NCBI GenBank assembly: GCA_050613775.1
Contig: JBODTK010000001.1
Span: 1,736,001-1,800,000, forward strand
Direction: 5' to 3'
Source: Neocallimastix sp. 'constans'
Lineage: Eukaryota
Length of the DNA stretch: 64,000 nt
The notes beneath the pieces are model-generated. The model worked only from the letters and a program-made list of their open reading frames with translations, ran no database searches and was not told the DNA's origin. Positions 40,495 to 51,351 of the stretch are shown here, in pieces; within the stretch, counting starts at the first letter, position 1, and the number at the start of each line of letters is the position of its first letter. The translations under genes were made by a program, and so were the position numbers.

Positions 40495-41212
40495 TGTAAG
40501 AAATAATAATAAATTTTTAAATTTTAATTATTATTTCTTATTATGTATTAATATATTAAATACTTAATAATTAGAAATACATTATTTTTACATTATCATT
40601 ATTTATTTTGTAACAATGTACTATAACTATTACATGTAAAATTATTTAAAAATTAGGAGTAGTTAACCAATTATTAGTTAAACTTAATAATTAAAAATTT
40701 TATTAATATTAGTTAATATTTATTCGTTATAATTATTATTTAAATGTTTAGACATAATCAAAAATTATTTAAAATTTTTCATAACAAAAAATTTTTTCTA
40801 AATTTGGACAAATTTTTTCAATTTTTAATTTTTTTTATTTATTATTTTGGACATTTAATTAAAATTATTTATTATAAAAATAATTAGAAAATCGATCTTT
40901 AAGGTTTTCCCGAATACTGATTGGTATCGGTTTTACTTAATGATCCGATGATTAATATGTTTAGAATATTAATCGAAACTTATTTAGGTTTTTCTTCTAA
41001 TCTTTTCCTAAATAAGAAATTTGTTAAGATTAGACAATATTTAATTTAAAATTTTGAAAAAGTATAAATAGAGACTCTTAAGTTCTTTTAGAAATTAAGA
41101 GTTATTATTATAAGAAAAATAATAATAACAATAAAATTTTACAAATTAATAGCAATAAATTTATTCTTTTTTAATCTTAAAATAAATTTTATTTATTATT
41201 TTTTTTTAAAAG

Positions 41213-41266
<54 letters not shown>

Positions 41267-41416
41267 AATTAAATTTATTTGAATTTTCTTATAATAAACT
41301 CGATTTATTTTAATAAACAAATTTAAATTTCTTAATTTTAATTAATAATATTATTATTAAAATAAAATTGTGGATTAGAAATTGATATAAAAGAATTTTT
41401 ATTTCAATTTCTAACA
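40495..41416 (+). mobile_element. Solo LTR (same broad family as 32927/39191)
   Basis: TGTAAGAAAT...TTTCTAACA flanked by TSD CACAA (40490-94, 41417-21); shares AAGAGTTATTATTATAAG and TTGTTAAGATTAGA blocks. Confidence 0.8.
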
Positions 41417-41423
41417 CACAAAA

Positions 41424-42074
41424 TGATACGATATTTTTATAATCGTATACTTATATGGGACTTGCAATATTTTATTTGAGGAAAATTAATATATTCTAAT
41501 AAAACAATTAATAATTTTAACACAATAATTATACTAAATAAAACTTAAATATTTTATTATTATTTATTTAATACTTTATTTATAATTATTTAAATTTTAC
41601 ATTAATTACATTTTTAACATTACTTTTATTATTTTATTTTACTAATTATTACTAACTAAAAATCTCAATTAAGGCCTCTCTCTAAGACCATTTAATTATA
41701 TTTATTTTCTCTATCTCTAAAATATTTTTTTTTCTTAATAATTCTTATTTTAATTTATTTATTTTTAATTTTTTTTTATTGTTTATTATTATTTTAAACT
41801 ATATAATTTTTATTTTAACTTTAATTAATTATATTTTATTATTTTTCTAAATTTATTAATTTTTATATTTATTTATTCATCCCGTATCAAGACCTCCCTG
41901 CTGAAATTAGACTTCGTCCCCTGAAGTCTCTGAAAAAAAAACATTTTAATTATTTATTTTTATTTAATTATTTATTTTTATTCATTTATTTATTAACATG
42001 AATTTTTGAAATTTCGAAATTTCGAAATTTTAAATTTTAAAATGTAAAATTTTGAAATTATAAATTTTGAATTG

Positions 42075-42109
<35 letters not shown>

Positions 42110-43611
42110 TAATTACGTTCAACTGTTTTCGTGTCTTTCCTGTTATTACTAATTTTAATAATTAATATTTTAATAATGATATTTATGCATTTATCATTTT
42201 CCCTTTTTACTTTTCTTTTTTCTTTTCTTACTTTTTTACTAATATTTTTAATTGGTTTCTTTTCCAATTTTATTTCTCTTACTTCAACAATTTTTAATTT
42301 CTCCTCAAGTTTAAAATTTATTTTTTTAGTTGAAATTTTATAAATATTATTATATTCCAAGAACGCGTTTTTCATTATTATTTCTCTTGAAATGTCATCA
42401 ATTCCTTTAATAATATTATTCATTATTCCGTTAATTTTTTTATATCCAATAATATCTTCTAAAATATTTGATTTAGAATTCATTTTGGCTTAGTATTTAC
42501 TTTCTTATTTATTTACTAAAGGCGCATTTAATTAATAAAATATAGTTAATAAATTTTTTTTATAATAAAGATAATAGAAACTGATTAATACAATTATATA
42601 ATTAATATACAATCTTATAATAATTCATCAATTGTAAAGAGTTCTATCAGAAACAGATTACAAATAACAAATTTTAACACCAAAATAAAAAAAAAAACAC
42701 GTAATAAAAATTCGTTTTTTTTAAATAAAATAATCTTTATTAATTAAAAAAAATTAAATCTCTTTTTGTTATTAGCTATCATATAGTCAATAACTAATAC
42801 ATCGATTTAATTATAGAAATTTACATGTATTTATATTTTTTCATTATTACATTATAATATATTATTTCTATCTAATTTACATATATTACTATTTATTTAT
42901 AAACAAAATATTTATTAATAATTTTATTAAATAATAATTAACTAAACTAAACAATAATTAATTTAATAAACTTTCAACTTATTTACAATAATAATTAAAT
43001 TCAATAACAACTCATTTATTATATATTTATTATATAAATATTATTAATACTAATGTTTATATATTTACAATTCAAAACTATTTTTGTAAACTATTTAAAC
43101 TAATTTTAACTATTTAAAACTATTCCGAAATTAATTTTAAAGTATTTTAAACTAACTAAACTAAATTAACTAAGTTAAATAGAATAACTATTTTAAATAA
43201 ACTAAACTAAATTAACTAACTTAAATAAATTATTTAGATTTAAGTTATTATCCAAAATTATTTAAATAATAATTTTTCCTTTATGAAAAGTTTACATAAA
43301 TTTATAATTAATTTTCATATACGTAAATCATAAATTTATGTAATTTTATTACATTAATTAATTATGTAATAATTAATTATTAAAGATTTTATTAAATCTT
43401 TACATCAATATTATTATTTATCTCCCTACTATAAACTAATAATAATTGATAATTATCTCAAAGATTTATATTCTCTTATTAATTCGTTTAATCAATTATA
43501 CTATTTTTTTTATTATATTAAAAATACTATTAAAATGTAATTTTATATTAATATGCCTTTTATAATAATATATCAAATATTATTTATATTATTACAAATA
43601 ATAAGAATTAA

Positions 43612-43642
<31 letters not shown>

Positions 43643-44207
43643 TATAAAATTTATTTTTAAAAATTATTAATTATTATTATTATTTTCATATTAATTTCCA
43701 ATATTGCAACGCCCGGATTCTCCACCATTTTTAATACGATATTTTTATAATCGTATACTTTTATGGGACTTGCAATATTTTATTTGAGGAAAATTAATAT
43801 ATTCTAATAAAACAATTAATAATTTTAACACAATAATTATACTAAATAAAACTTAAATATTTTATTATTATTTATTTAATACTTTATTTATAATTATTTA
43901 AATTTTACATTAATTACATTTTTAACATTACTTTTATTATTTTATTTTACTAATTATTACTAACTAAAAATCTCAATTAAGGCCTCTCTCTAAGACCTTT
44001 TAATTATATTTATTTTCTCTATCTCTAAAATATTATTATTATTTTTTTTTAATAATTCTTATTTTTAATTTATTTATTTTTTAATTTTGTTTTTTATTGT
44101 TTATTATTATTTTAAACTATATAATTTTTATTTTAACTTTAATTAATTATATTTTATTATTTTTCTAAATTTATTAATTTTTATATTTATTTATTCATCC
44201 CGTAACA
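41424..44207 (-). mobile_element. Non-autonomous LTR element (LTRs 41424..41889 and 43732..44207; essentially non-coding interior)
   Basis: Two ~470-bp direct repeats TGATACG...CGTATCA. PBS TGGTGGAGAATCCGGGC (43711-27, tRNA-Ala-like), PPT AGGGAGG next to the 3' LTR, AAAA on both flanks. Confidence 0.88.
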
Positions 44208-44211
44208 AAAA

Positions 44212-45100
44212 TGGTATGGTTCATATAGTTTTAGGAATATAATAATAATTAACACAAATAATAAAATTACAATATAAATAATTTTGTTTTAAAATCAATG
44301 TTTATTTATTTAAATTTATAAAAGAAAAATAATAATATAATTATTTATTTAATAAAAGTAAGTTATTGATTATATTTTATTTCACTAAAAATTACATGTA
44401 TTTATATTTTTTTATCAAATTAAAATTTGTAAAGCCAACTATTTTTTTAATAAACTAATTACTAATTATTTTTATAAATAAAACATTTAAATTGAAATTG
44501 AATTATTATTTTAGTTAATAATATTATTGTTATAAATAATAGTTATATATTATTGAATTATTAATTATTTAATAATAGTTTAATATTAATAAATATAAAA
44601 TAAAAATAAAGAGATTATATAGATTATTTTATTGTGGTTTAGTTAAATTTAGTAATTAAAAATAAATTTAGTTATATATTATTGAATTATTAATTATTTA
44701 ATAATAGTTTAATATTAATAAATATAAAATAAAAATAAAGAGATTATATAGAATATTTTATTGTGGTTTAGTTAAATTTAGTAATTAAAAATAAATTTAG
44801 TTATATATTATTGAATTATTAATTATTTAATAATAGTTTAATATTAATATATATAAAATAAAAATAAAGAGATTATACAGAATATTTTATTGTGGTTTAG
44901 TTAAATTTAGTAATTAAAAATAAATTTAAATTGATAACGAAAATTTTAATAACTAATTAAATAGATTTGATTATTTTCAATATAACATAATACAAAAGAA
45001 ATATAATATTAATATATTAAGTGGGCAAAGACAATATTCTTGGCTAAAGATTTTTAATACATTATATGGAATCGGATCGATAATTCAAAAAGGAATTATA
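44212..45100 (-). repeat. Truncated LTR copy (matches 32118..32770) with internal 3x ~129-bp tandem amplification
   Basis: Unit starts at 44541, 44670 and 44799; only one unit is present in the 32118 copy. Confidence 0.8.
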
Positions 45101-46950
45101 AGTATTCTATATGATTTTTGTTTTATTGGTTGGGAACCTGGTACTAGTTCGATCCTATGAGGGAGAAGTTTTGATTTACCAAGATCATCTGTTTTTATTG
45201 CTATAATATCAAAATTTTTATAAAATAATTCCCTCACTATTTTTTTGAAATTTTCAGGAATAGTTTGTATAATTTCATCAATTATATTTTGTTTAATTTT
45301 ATCAGAATCATTTGCATCGTTATTTTCGTCATTTACAACAGTTACTGTTAGCAACATAGGGTTTTGTTCAATATGTTCAACTTGAGCATGATCTTCTGAA
45401 TTCGGAATAGGTGAGTCTATATCATAGTATAGATCAGCTAATTCAGTAGAATTATTATTTTCATCAATATAATATAATTTATCTTTAACTAGATTGATAT
45501 CAAATCTATTTTTCTTAAGAGAATCGACACCTATTAAGACATCAAAAATGTCATCTTTTTCAATAACCCTAAAATATTCAACAAACGTTCTACACCCAAT
45601 AGAAATTTTTAATTCAACTACTTCACTAGCAATAGTGGAATTAGAATATGCTTGTAAAATTGTTTCCGAGATGGTACCAATAGCAGGTTTGTTGATTTTT
45701 AATTTATTTAATGTGGATCTTGTTATAGCATTAAGACTAGCACACGAATCCAAAAATATTTCACATGATTTATTCTCGACAAATCCCTTCACTTTAATAA
45801 TTTTATTCTTGCTAATTATTGTCATGATATTAGTAACCATATTTTTAGGGGTAAGTTTTAAGGCCTTCATAAATTCAGATCGAAATTTGGGGAATAGATC
45901 CAGAAGGTATGCTAGCTTGGTAATTACTTCAGTAGAAGCTACTTCTTTAACTAAATCTTGAATGCAGTATTCTTCAAAAGTCTTCATCAAATTTATGTGA
46001 CGTTCCTTGTTATTAATAGGTAATTCTTGAGTATTGGTTTTCATTTTATTATTATTAATTTGTTCCCTAATTTCTCTGATACGTTCTTGTTTATTTTTCT
46101 TTTTAGCATTAATAATATTCTTTTCAGTAATGAAGGAAGGATCTAAATATTCTAACTTTTCTGTGGTGCTATGATTACCTTTAGTGTTATTAACTGATTC
46201 ACTTTCATTTAAAGAAAATTTCACAGTTTTATTATTTTTAGCCTTTGTTTCACTATAATTTATATTATTGTTATCTTCTTCTTCTAATTCAGATTCCCTA
46301 AGCATTTCAATATCATCTTGTATAGGTATAACATTTTGATCTCTATTAATATTATTATCATCATTTTTATTATTACTATTATTAACATTATTAATATTAT
46401 TATTACTAATATTATTATTATTATTAATATTATTATTGTTATTAATTTTATTATTATTATTAATAACATTATTATTATTAATATTATTGTTATTATTATT
46501 ATTATTATTAATACTGTTATTATTACTATTATTATAACTATTATTATTATTATTATTATTAATAGATAAATTAGTATTATGACTCATTGCTGACGTAATT
46601 ATAGGGGTAGGTTGATCTTTTAAATTATTTATTGTATTATTCTTATCATATGGTTTAACTTTATTCAATTTTGGTTTTGATTTCCTTGTAGCCGCCGCCA
46701 CAATTTCTGTGTTATATAAATGTGAATGATCTTCTTGATTAGGAAATTTTTTTGAAAGTGTCATGTTGTTATGGTTACTATTGTTACTATTGGTCATTAA
46801 TGTGTTAGTCGGTATTGTCGTCATAAAATAATTATTATTTTGATTGTCGTTTATGTTATTATTATAATTTTGTTTATTGTCAAGATTATTATTGAAACTA
46901 TTGTCATGGGTTTGTTTCATGGAAGTTGTTCTTCTCCCATTTACTGGTTT
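45085..46950 (-). pseudogene. Gypsy pol N-terminus: Asn-rich spacer + protease, cut off just before RT
   Basis: IFLDSCAS...FDVLIGVD protease; HRIELVPGSQPIKQKSYR is the pre-RT motif, after which the ORF runs into LTR sequence. In the -1 frame relative to gag. Confidence 0.85.
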
Positions 46951-48152
46951 AAAGGAGTTTTAATTAATCCTTTTTCTTCCATGTCTGCCAATTGTTTGTA
47001 AGTATAGGTACATTCGGAAGCTTTATGACCGTGCATGGTGCATTTATGGCACATGATAGTTCCACTAGATGCATCATTGTGGTTTCTTCTTCTTGTACTA
47101 TTATTCATGTGATCATTAGAATTTCCATTAATCATATTATTATTATTGTTTATCATGTGAGAATTTTTAACATCATAACTTGTCATATTATTATTGTTAT
47201 TATTAGTATTTCCTTTTACAGTAAAATTAGAATTCCCCCTAGTATAGTTATTTTGATTATATCTGTTATTATATGGTCTATTTTTAAAATTTCCAAACCG
47301 CATTAATTGAGTATTATTTTTCATATTATAATTATTATTGTTATTATAATATCCATTATTATAGCCACTATATTGAGGGTTAGGTGTATTATATATATTA
47401 TAGTTGTCAATATTGGGACCCCAAAGTTTTGGTACATCGTTTCTTCTAGTTGCTGTAAATAAGGTATTATTATTAGGATAATAATTTAATCCATAATTTA
47501 AATTAGCTTGTCCATTTATTAATTCACCATAAATTGGATGATTTAATATTGGGTTTTGATTAATATTAGTTTGAGTAATCATCATAGGGGTTCCTCCTGT
47601 ATATGGCATTGCCTGATTTGTATTTGAAATGATTTCCTTTTCTGCGTCTTCTGCAATTTCTGCAATTTTGAATGCTTCAGTTACATTTTCACATTCGGCT
47701 ACAATTACTCTGGAACATGCGAATACTCTTGAGCTAATAGAGTTTGTGTAATCCTTAACAGTAACAAGTTTTCTATATTCTTGACTAAGCTTATTATATA
47801 ACTTTTTGTATCTATAATTAAATTTCTTTATAGTTTCTACATTAGAAATTTTTAAGGATTTTAAGATAGAACATTTTTCACTTTCTGTAATCTTCAGATA
47901 TTCTTCAATTGCTTCTTGAATTTCCTTTTTCATAGGGTACTTGATTTCTGAACCTCTTTTTGTTATAAGGGAGTTTAAAACGCCTTGAATATCTTCTTCA
48001 ACAGCCTCTTTAGCCCATGTAAATATTTGTCTTGGTTCAATAATATCGTACAAAGCCATTACTTTAGAGAAATCATTAATCCAACTATCAACATCTCTTC
48101 CATAGTTGGATAGAAGTGGTAATACTTTTAATAGTTTTGTTGCGTCAAACAT
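46941..48152 (-). CDS. gag: Ty3/Gypsy Gag with Asn-rich region and CCHC knuckle
   Basis: ETIKKFNYRY (MHR-like), CHKCTMHGHKASEC; ends at UUUAAAC. Confidence 0.85.
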   Translation of the reverse strand: MFDATKLLKVLPLLSNYGRDVDSWINDFSKVMALYDIIEPRQIFTWAKEAVEEDIQGVLNSLITKRGSEIKYPMKKEIQEAIEEYLKITESEKCSILKSLKISNVETIKKFNYRYKKLYNKLSQEYRKLVTVKDYTNSISSRVFACSRVIVAECENVTEAFKIAEIAEDAEKEIISNTNQAMPYTGGTPMMITQTNINQNPILNHPIYGELINGQANLNYGLNYYPNNNTLFTATRRNDVPKLWGPNIDNYNIYNTPNPQYSGYNNGYYNNNNNYNMKNNTQLMRFGNFKNRPYNNRYNQNNYTRGNSNFTVKGNTNNNNNNMTSYDVKNSHMINNNNNMINGNSNDHMNNSTRRRNHNDASSGTIMCHKCTMHGHKASECTYTYKQLADMEEKGLIKTPLNQ

Positions 48153-48355
48153 TTTGAAAATTTAATAATAGTATATTTTTATATAAAAAAATGTATATGT
48201 ATTCAAAATAATAAAAATAATAATAAAAAAAAAAAAAAAACAATATAAGATAATATTAAATCAATTACAAACTAAAATAATAATAAAAAAAAAATTAGTA
48301 ATTATTATGCTCTGTTATTATTTTCATATAATTTTATCTTGCTTTCATTTATTCC

Positions 48356-48373
48356 CCCCCATGTTGGGCGCCA
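48356..48373 (-). promoter_or_regulatory. Primer binding site, tRNA-Lys-like (TGGCGCCCAACATGGGG)
   Basis: One mismatch from the classical tRNA-Lys(CUU) PBS TGGCGCCCAACGTGGGG; 4 bp from the LTR. Confidence 0.85.
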
Positions 48374-48377
48374 AATT

Positions 48378-48949
48378 TGATACGAATAATTTTTATATTG
48401 TATCCGGTGGTTCGTGAATGCAAGTTTTATTATAAAATTATATATTCTAATAAAAGAATTATAATAATTATCACACAAAAAGATTAAATAAAAATAATAA
48501 GAAAAAGATAAAAGAATATTTGTTGTCGTTTTGTTTTATTAAAATATATATATATATTTTTTTTTTTACATTAATTATTTTTAAATACTTATTAGTTATT
48601 TTAATCTATTCCCTTGAATAATTAAACCTTAACTTTAATAAGTATTTATTTTATATTTTACTAAATTAATTATTTTCTAAGTATCTCTAACTTAGATTTA
48701 TAAATTCCTAATTTTAAACTAATTAAACTACGTCTGTCTAAAAAAATCATTTTTCTTTCATATTTATATATTTATTTTTATTAAATCCTATTGGTTCAAT
48801 TTATATATTATCTTTACTATCTTTACTAATATTTTTTTTATATTATTTTAAATTTAATTAATATTATTATATATAATTATTTTATAATTATTTCCTATTT
48901 AACTTTACTATTTATATTAAAATTATATTTTTAATTCGGCACCGTACCA
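48378..48949 (-). repeat. 5' LTR of the 45085-48373 element
   Basis: TGATACG...CGTACCA termini, adjacent to the PBS; partial similarity to the 41424 LTR. Confidence 0.75.
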
Positions 48950-50127
48950 AAAATGATACAATTAATTTAAAAAGTATCATAAAATATGGGAAAAGCAAGA
49001 GGGAATTAATCAAGAAATATCGTATTTATGAAATAATATAATAATTATTATATATTTATATAATACACTCAAATTATTATTTTAGAATATAATGTTCATT
49101 TTATTATGTTTATTTATTAAAATTATTCACTTTATTATATTTATTTATTAAAATAATTATTCACTATTATTCATTCTCAATTAATACATTTCAATAAAAA
49201 TAAAAACACAACATTTTTTTTTATAATTAAAACTTCCTAATTTTTATCTTATTATTCTCTATATTATTATTATTTAAAATTTGTACTTTTACATAATTAA
49301 TTATATTATATATATTTTTATAATAAACTTATATTAATAATAAAATAATAAAATAATTTTATAATATTATATCTTATTAAATATTAATTTTAACTTATTT
49401 AGAAAATATTAATAATAAAATTATTTACAATAATATTTAAAATGTCAAGGATTTGATACAAATTAATTTATATTTAATACCACAAAAATAACAATTTAAT
49501 TATAAATATAATTTGTACTCCTTAAATCCTTGTACCGTTCATAACCAAATTAATAATGTATTACATATTAATTAATATTATCCCTTTTATACATTATTGA
49601 ACTCCTAATATATTAATTGATTAATATTGTATTACATATTAATTAACATTATCCCTTTTTATATTAATTAATATAGTTGAATATTATTTATAAAAATTGT
49701 TTTTTATTAATTATATTATTTTATATATTTTTATTATCTTATATTATATATGTATTATTCTATTACTTTATATATTAAAATTATATTTTATATTGTTATC
49801 TTTAAATTAGTATTTATTAAAATATATTATTAAATATTTTATATTGTTTTTCAAAATATAAAAGAACTAAAAAATATTCTTTTTTAAATCTTTGTAAGAT
49901 TATTATTTACAAATAATCTGATAACTTTATAATAAAACATATTAAATAAAAATATAGTTAATTAAAAGTTTAATAATAAAATAATATTTTATATTTGAAT
50001 AAATCAATTTATAAAAATAAAATAATATCAAAAGGTTATTAGATTAAAGGCTTCCAACCAAGTTTACCCTTTAATCTAAGTACCAACTTAACAATAATCT
50101 TACCGCTATTTTAGAAACTTCCTTGGA

Positions 50128-51351
50128 ATGCCTAAAATTGGCCTAAGACGCTCGGGAATGTATTCAGCTAGATCGGATGAAGAAATGGATATGAATAAAG
50201 AAGACTCAGTACAACAATTGCGATCCGAAGCCACCCAAGCTTGTACCACCTTAGCAGAAGGTGTTCAACAGTTAAGAAATGATACCTCACAAGCTTGTAA
50301 TAGTATAGTTTCTGGGGTGAATGAAAACTTCGTTTCCAAAGAAGACTTACAAAATTACCATCAAGAGGTAATGAAACAATTCGGAGCTTATGATAAAATG
50401 AATAATGAAATATTGGCCTCTTTAGAATCTTTGAAAAAGGCTACCCTCTATTTTAAGCATGAATTATGTAATAAAACTCAAATAGAAAATACTTCTTCTG
50501 GTGCTACCTCGTCGATACCGTTGACATCTGGAAATCCTACGGTAAACCTCCATTCTGTTTTCGATGATAATATCTCAACTACTACAAGATATGACAATGA
50601 TCATGATGTTATCATGCAATCTGCTTACCCTATTAATATTCCTCAAGTTCCCGATCCAGGTTTGTTTTCAGGTGATATTTCTGAAACCGAACTTTTCTGT
50701 CAACTGTGTGGGGACACATTTAAAACCTATCCATGTAAGTCTTGGCCTGAAGATTCGAAAATCAACTTTGTGCAATCAAGATTAAGAGAAGCTGCTAGAA
50801 GTTGGTACCAAACAAAATATTCCAGTAGTCCTCCTGCTTCCCTAGAGGCTCTTCTTAATGAATTAAAAGAAGCTTTTCCTGATGTTGTCAGCAAAAAGTT
50901 AAAGAAAATTAATTTAATAAATCTTAAACATTCTCATGGTAATATTAAGGACTATATCGATTCTTTCCGTAAACTAACAGCTGATCTTGGTTGGCCTGAA
51001 GAACCATTAGTATTATTTTTCTATAATGGTCTTCATCCAAAATTTAAAGAAGAAATTAATAAAATGGAGAAGTTTCCAGAGAAAATAGAAGAAATTACAA
51101 CAAAGTGCATATTGTTTGAATCTTCTCAAGAAACTAAATTAAAGATAAATCAATTAACCAGCAATAAAAATTATAAGAGAAAGAACTCTCATTCTTATCC
51201 CAATAGTGAAAACAAGAATAAGAAGAATAACAATTATTACAATCATAGTAAAAATAATAACTTCCATAATAATAAATCTAAGGTTAATTCCAGTTACAAC
51301 AACCGAGAAAATTATGTTACCGAAGTCCAAAAAATTAACTCAAAAAACTAG
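50128..51351 (+). CDS. gag: Gag
   Basis: PGLFSGD...KINFVQSRLREAARSWY...YIDSFRKL..LGW....L..FFYNGL retrotransposon Gag motifs. Confidence 0.92.
   Translation: MPKIGLRRSGMYSARSDEEMDMNKEDSVQQLRSEATQACTTLAEGVQQLRNDTSQACNSIVSGVNENFVSKEDLQNYHQEVMKQFGAYDKMNNEILASLESLKKATLYFKHELCNKTQIENTSSGATSSIPLTSGNPTVNLHSVFDDNISTTTRYDNDHDVIMQSAYPINIPQVPDPGLFSGDISETELFCQLCGDTFKTYPCKSWPEDSKINFVQSRLREAARSWYQTKYSSSPPASLEALLNELKEAFPDVVSKKLKKINLINLKHSHGNIKDYIDSFRKLTADLGWPEEPLVLFFYNGLHPKFKEEINKMEKFPEKIEEITTKCILFESSQETKLKINQLTSNKNYKRKNSHSYPNSENKNKKNNNYYNHSKNNNFHNNKSKVNSSYNNRENYVTEVQKINSKN

Noticed and set aside
42058..42483. Protein-coding gene inside the non-autonomous element
   Set aside because: K/I/N low complexity ending in poly(A)-derived lysines; at most a decayed remnant.
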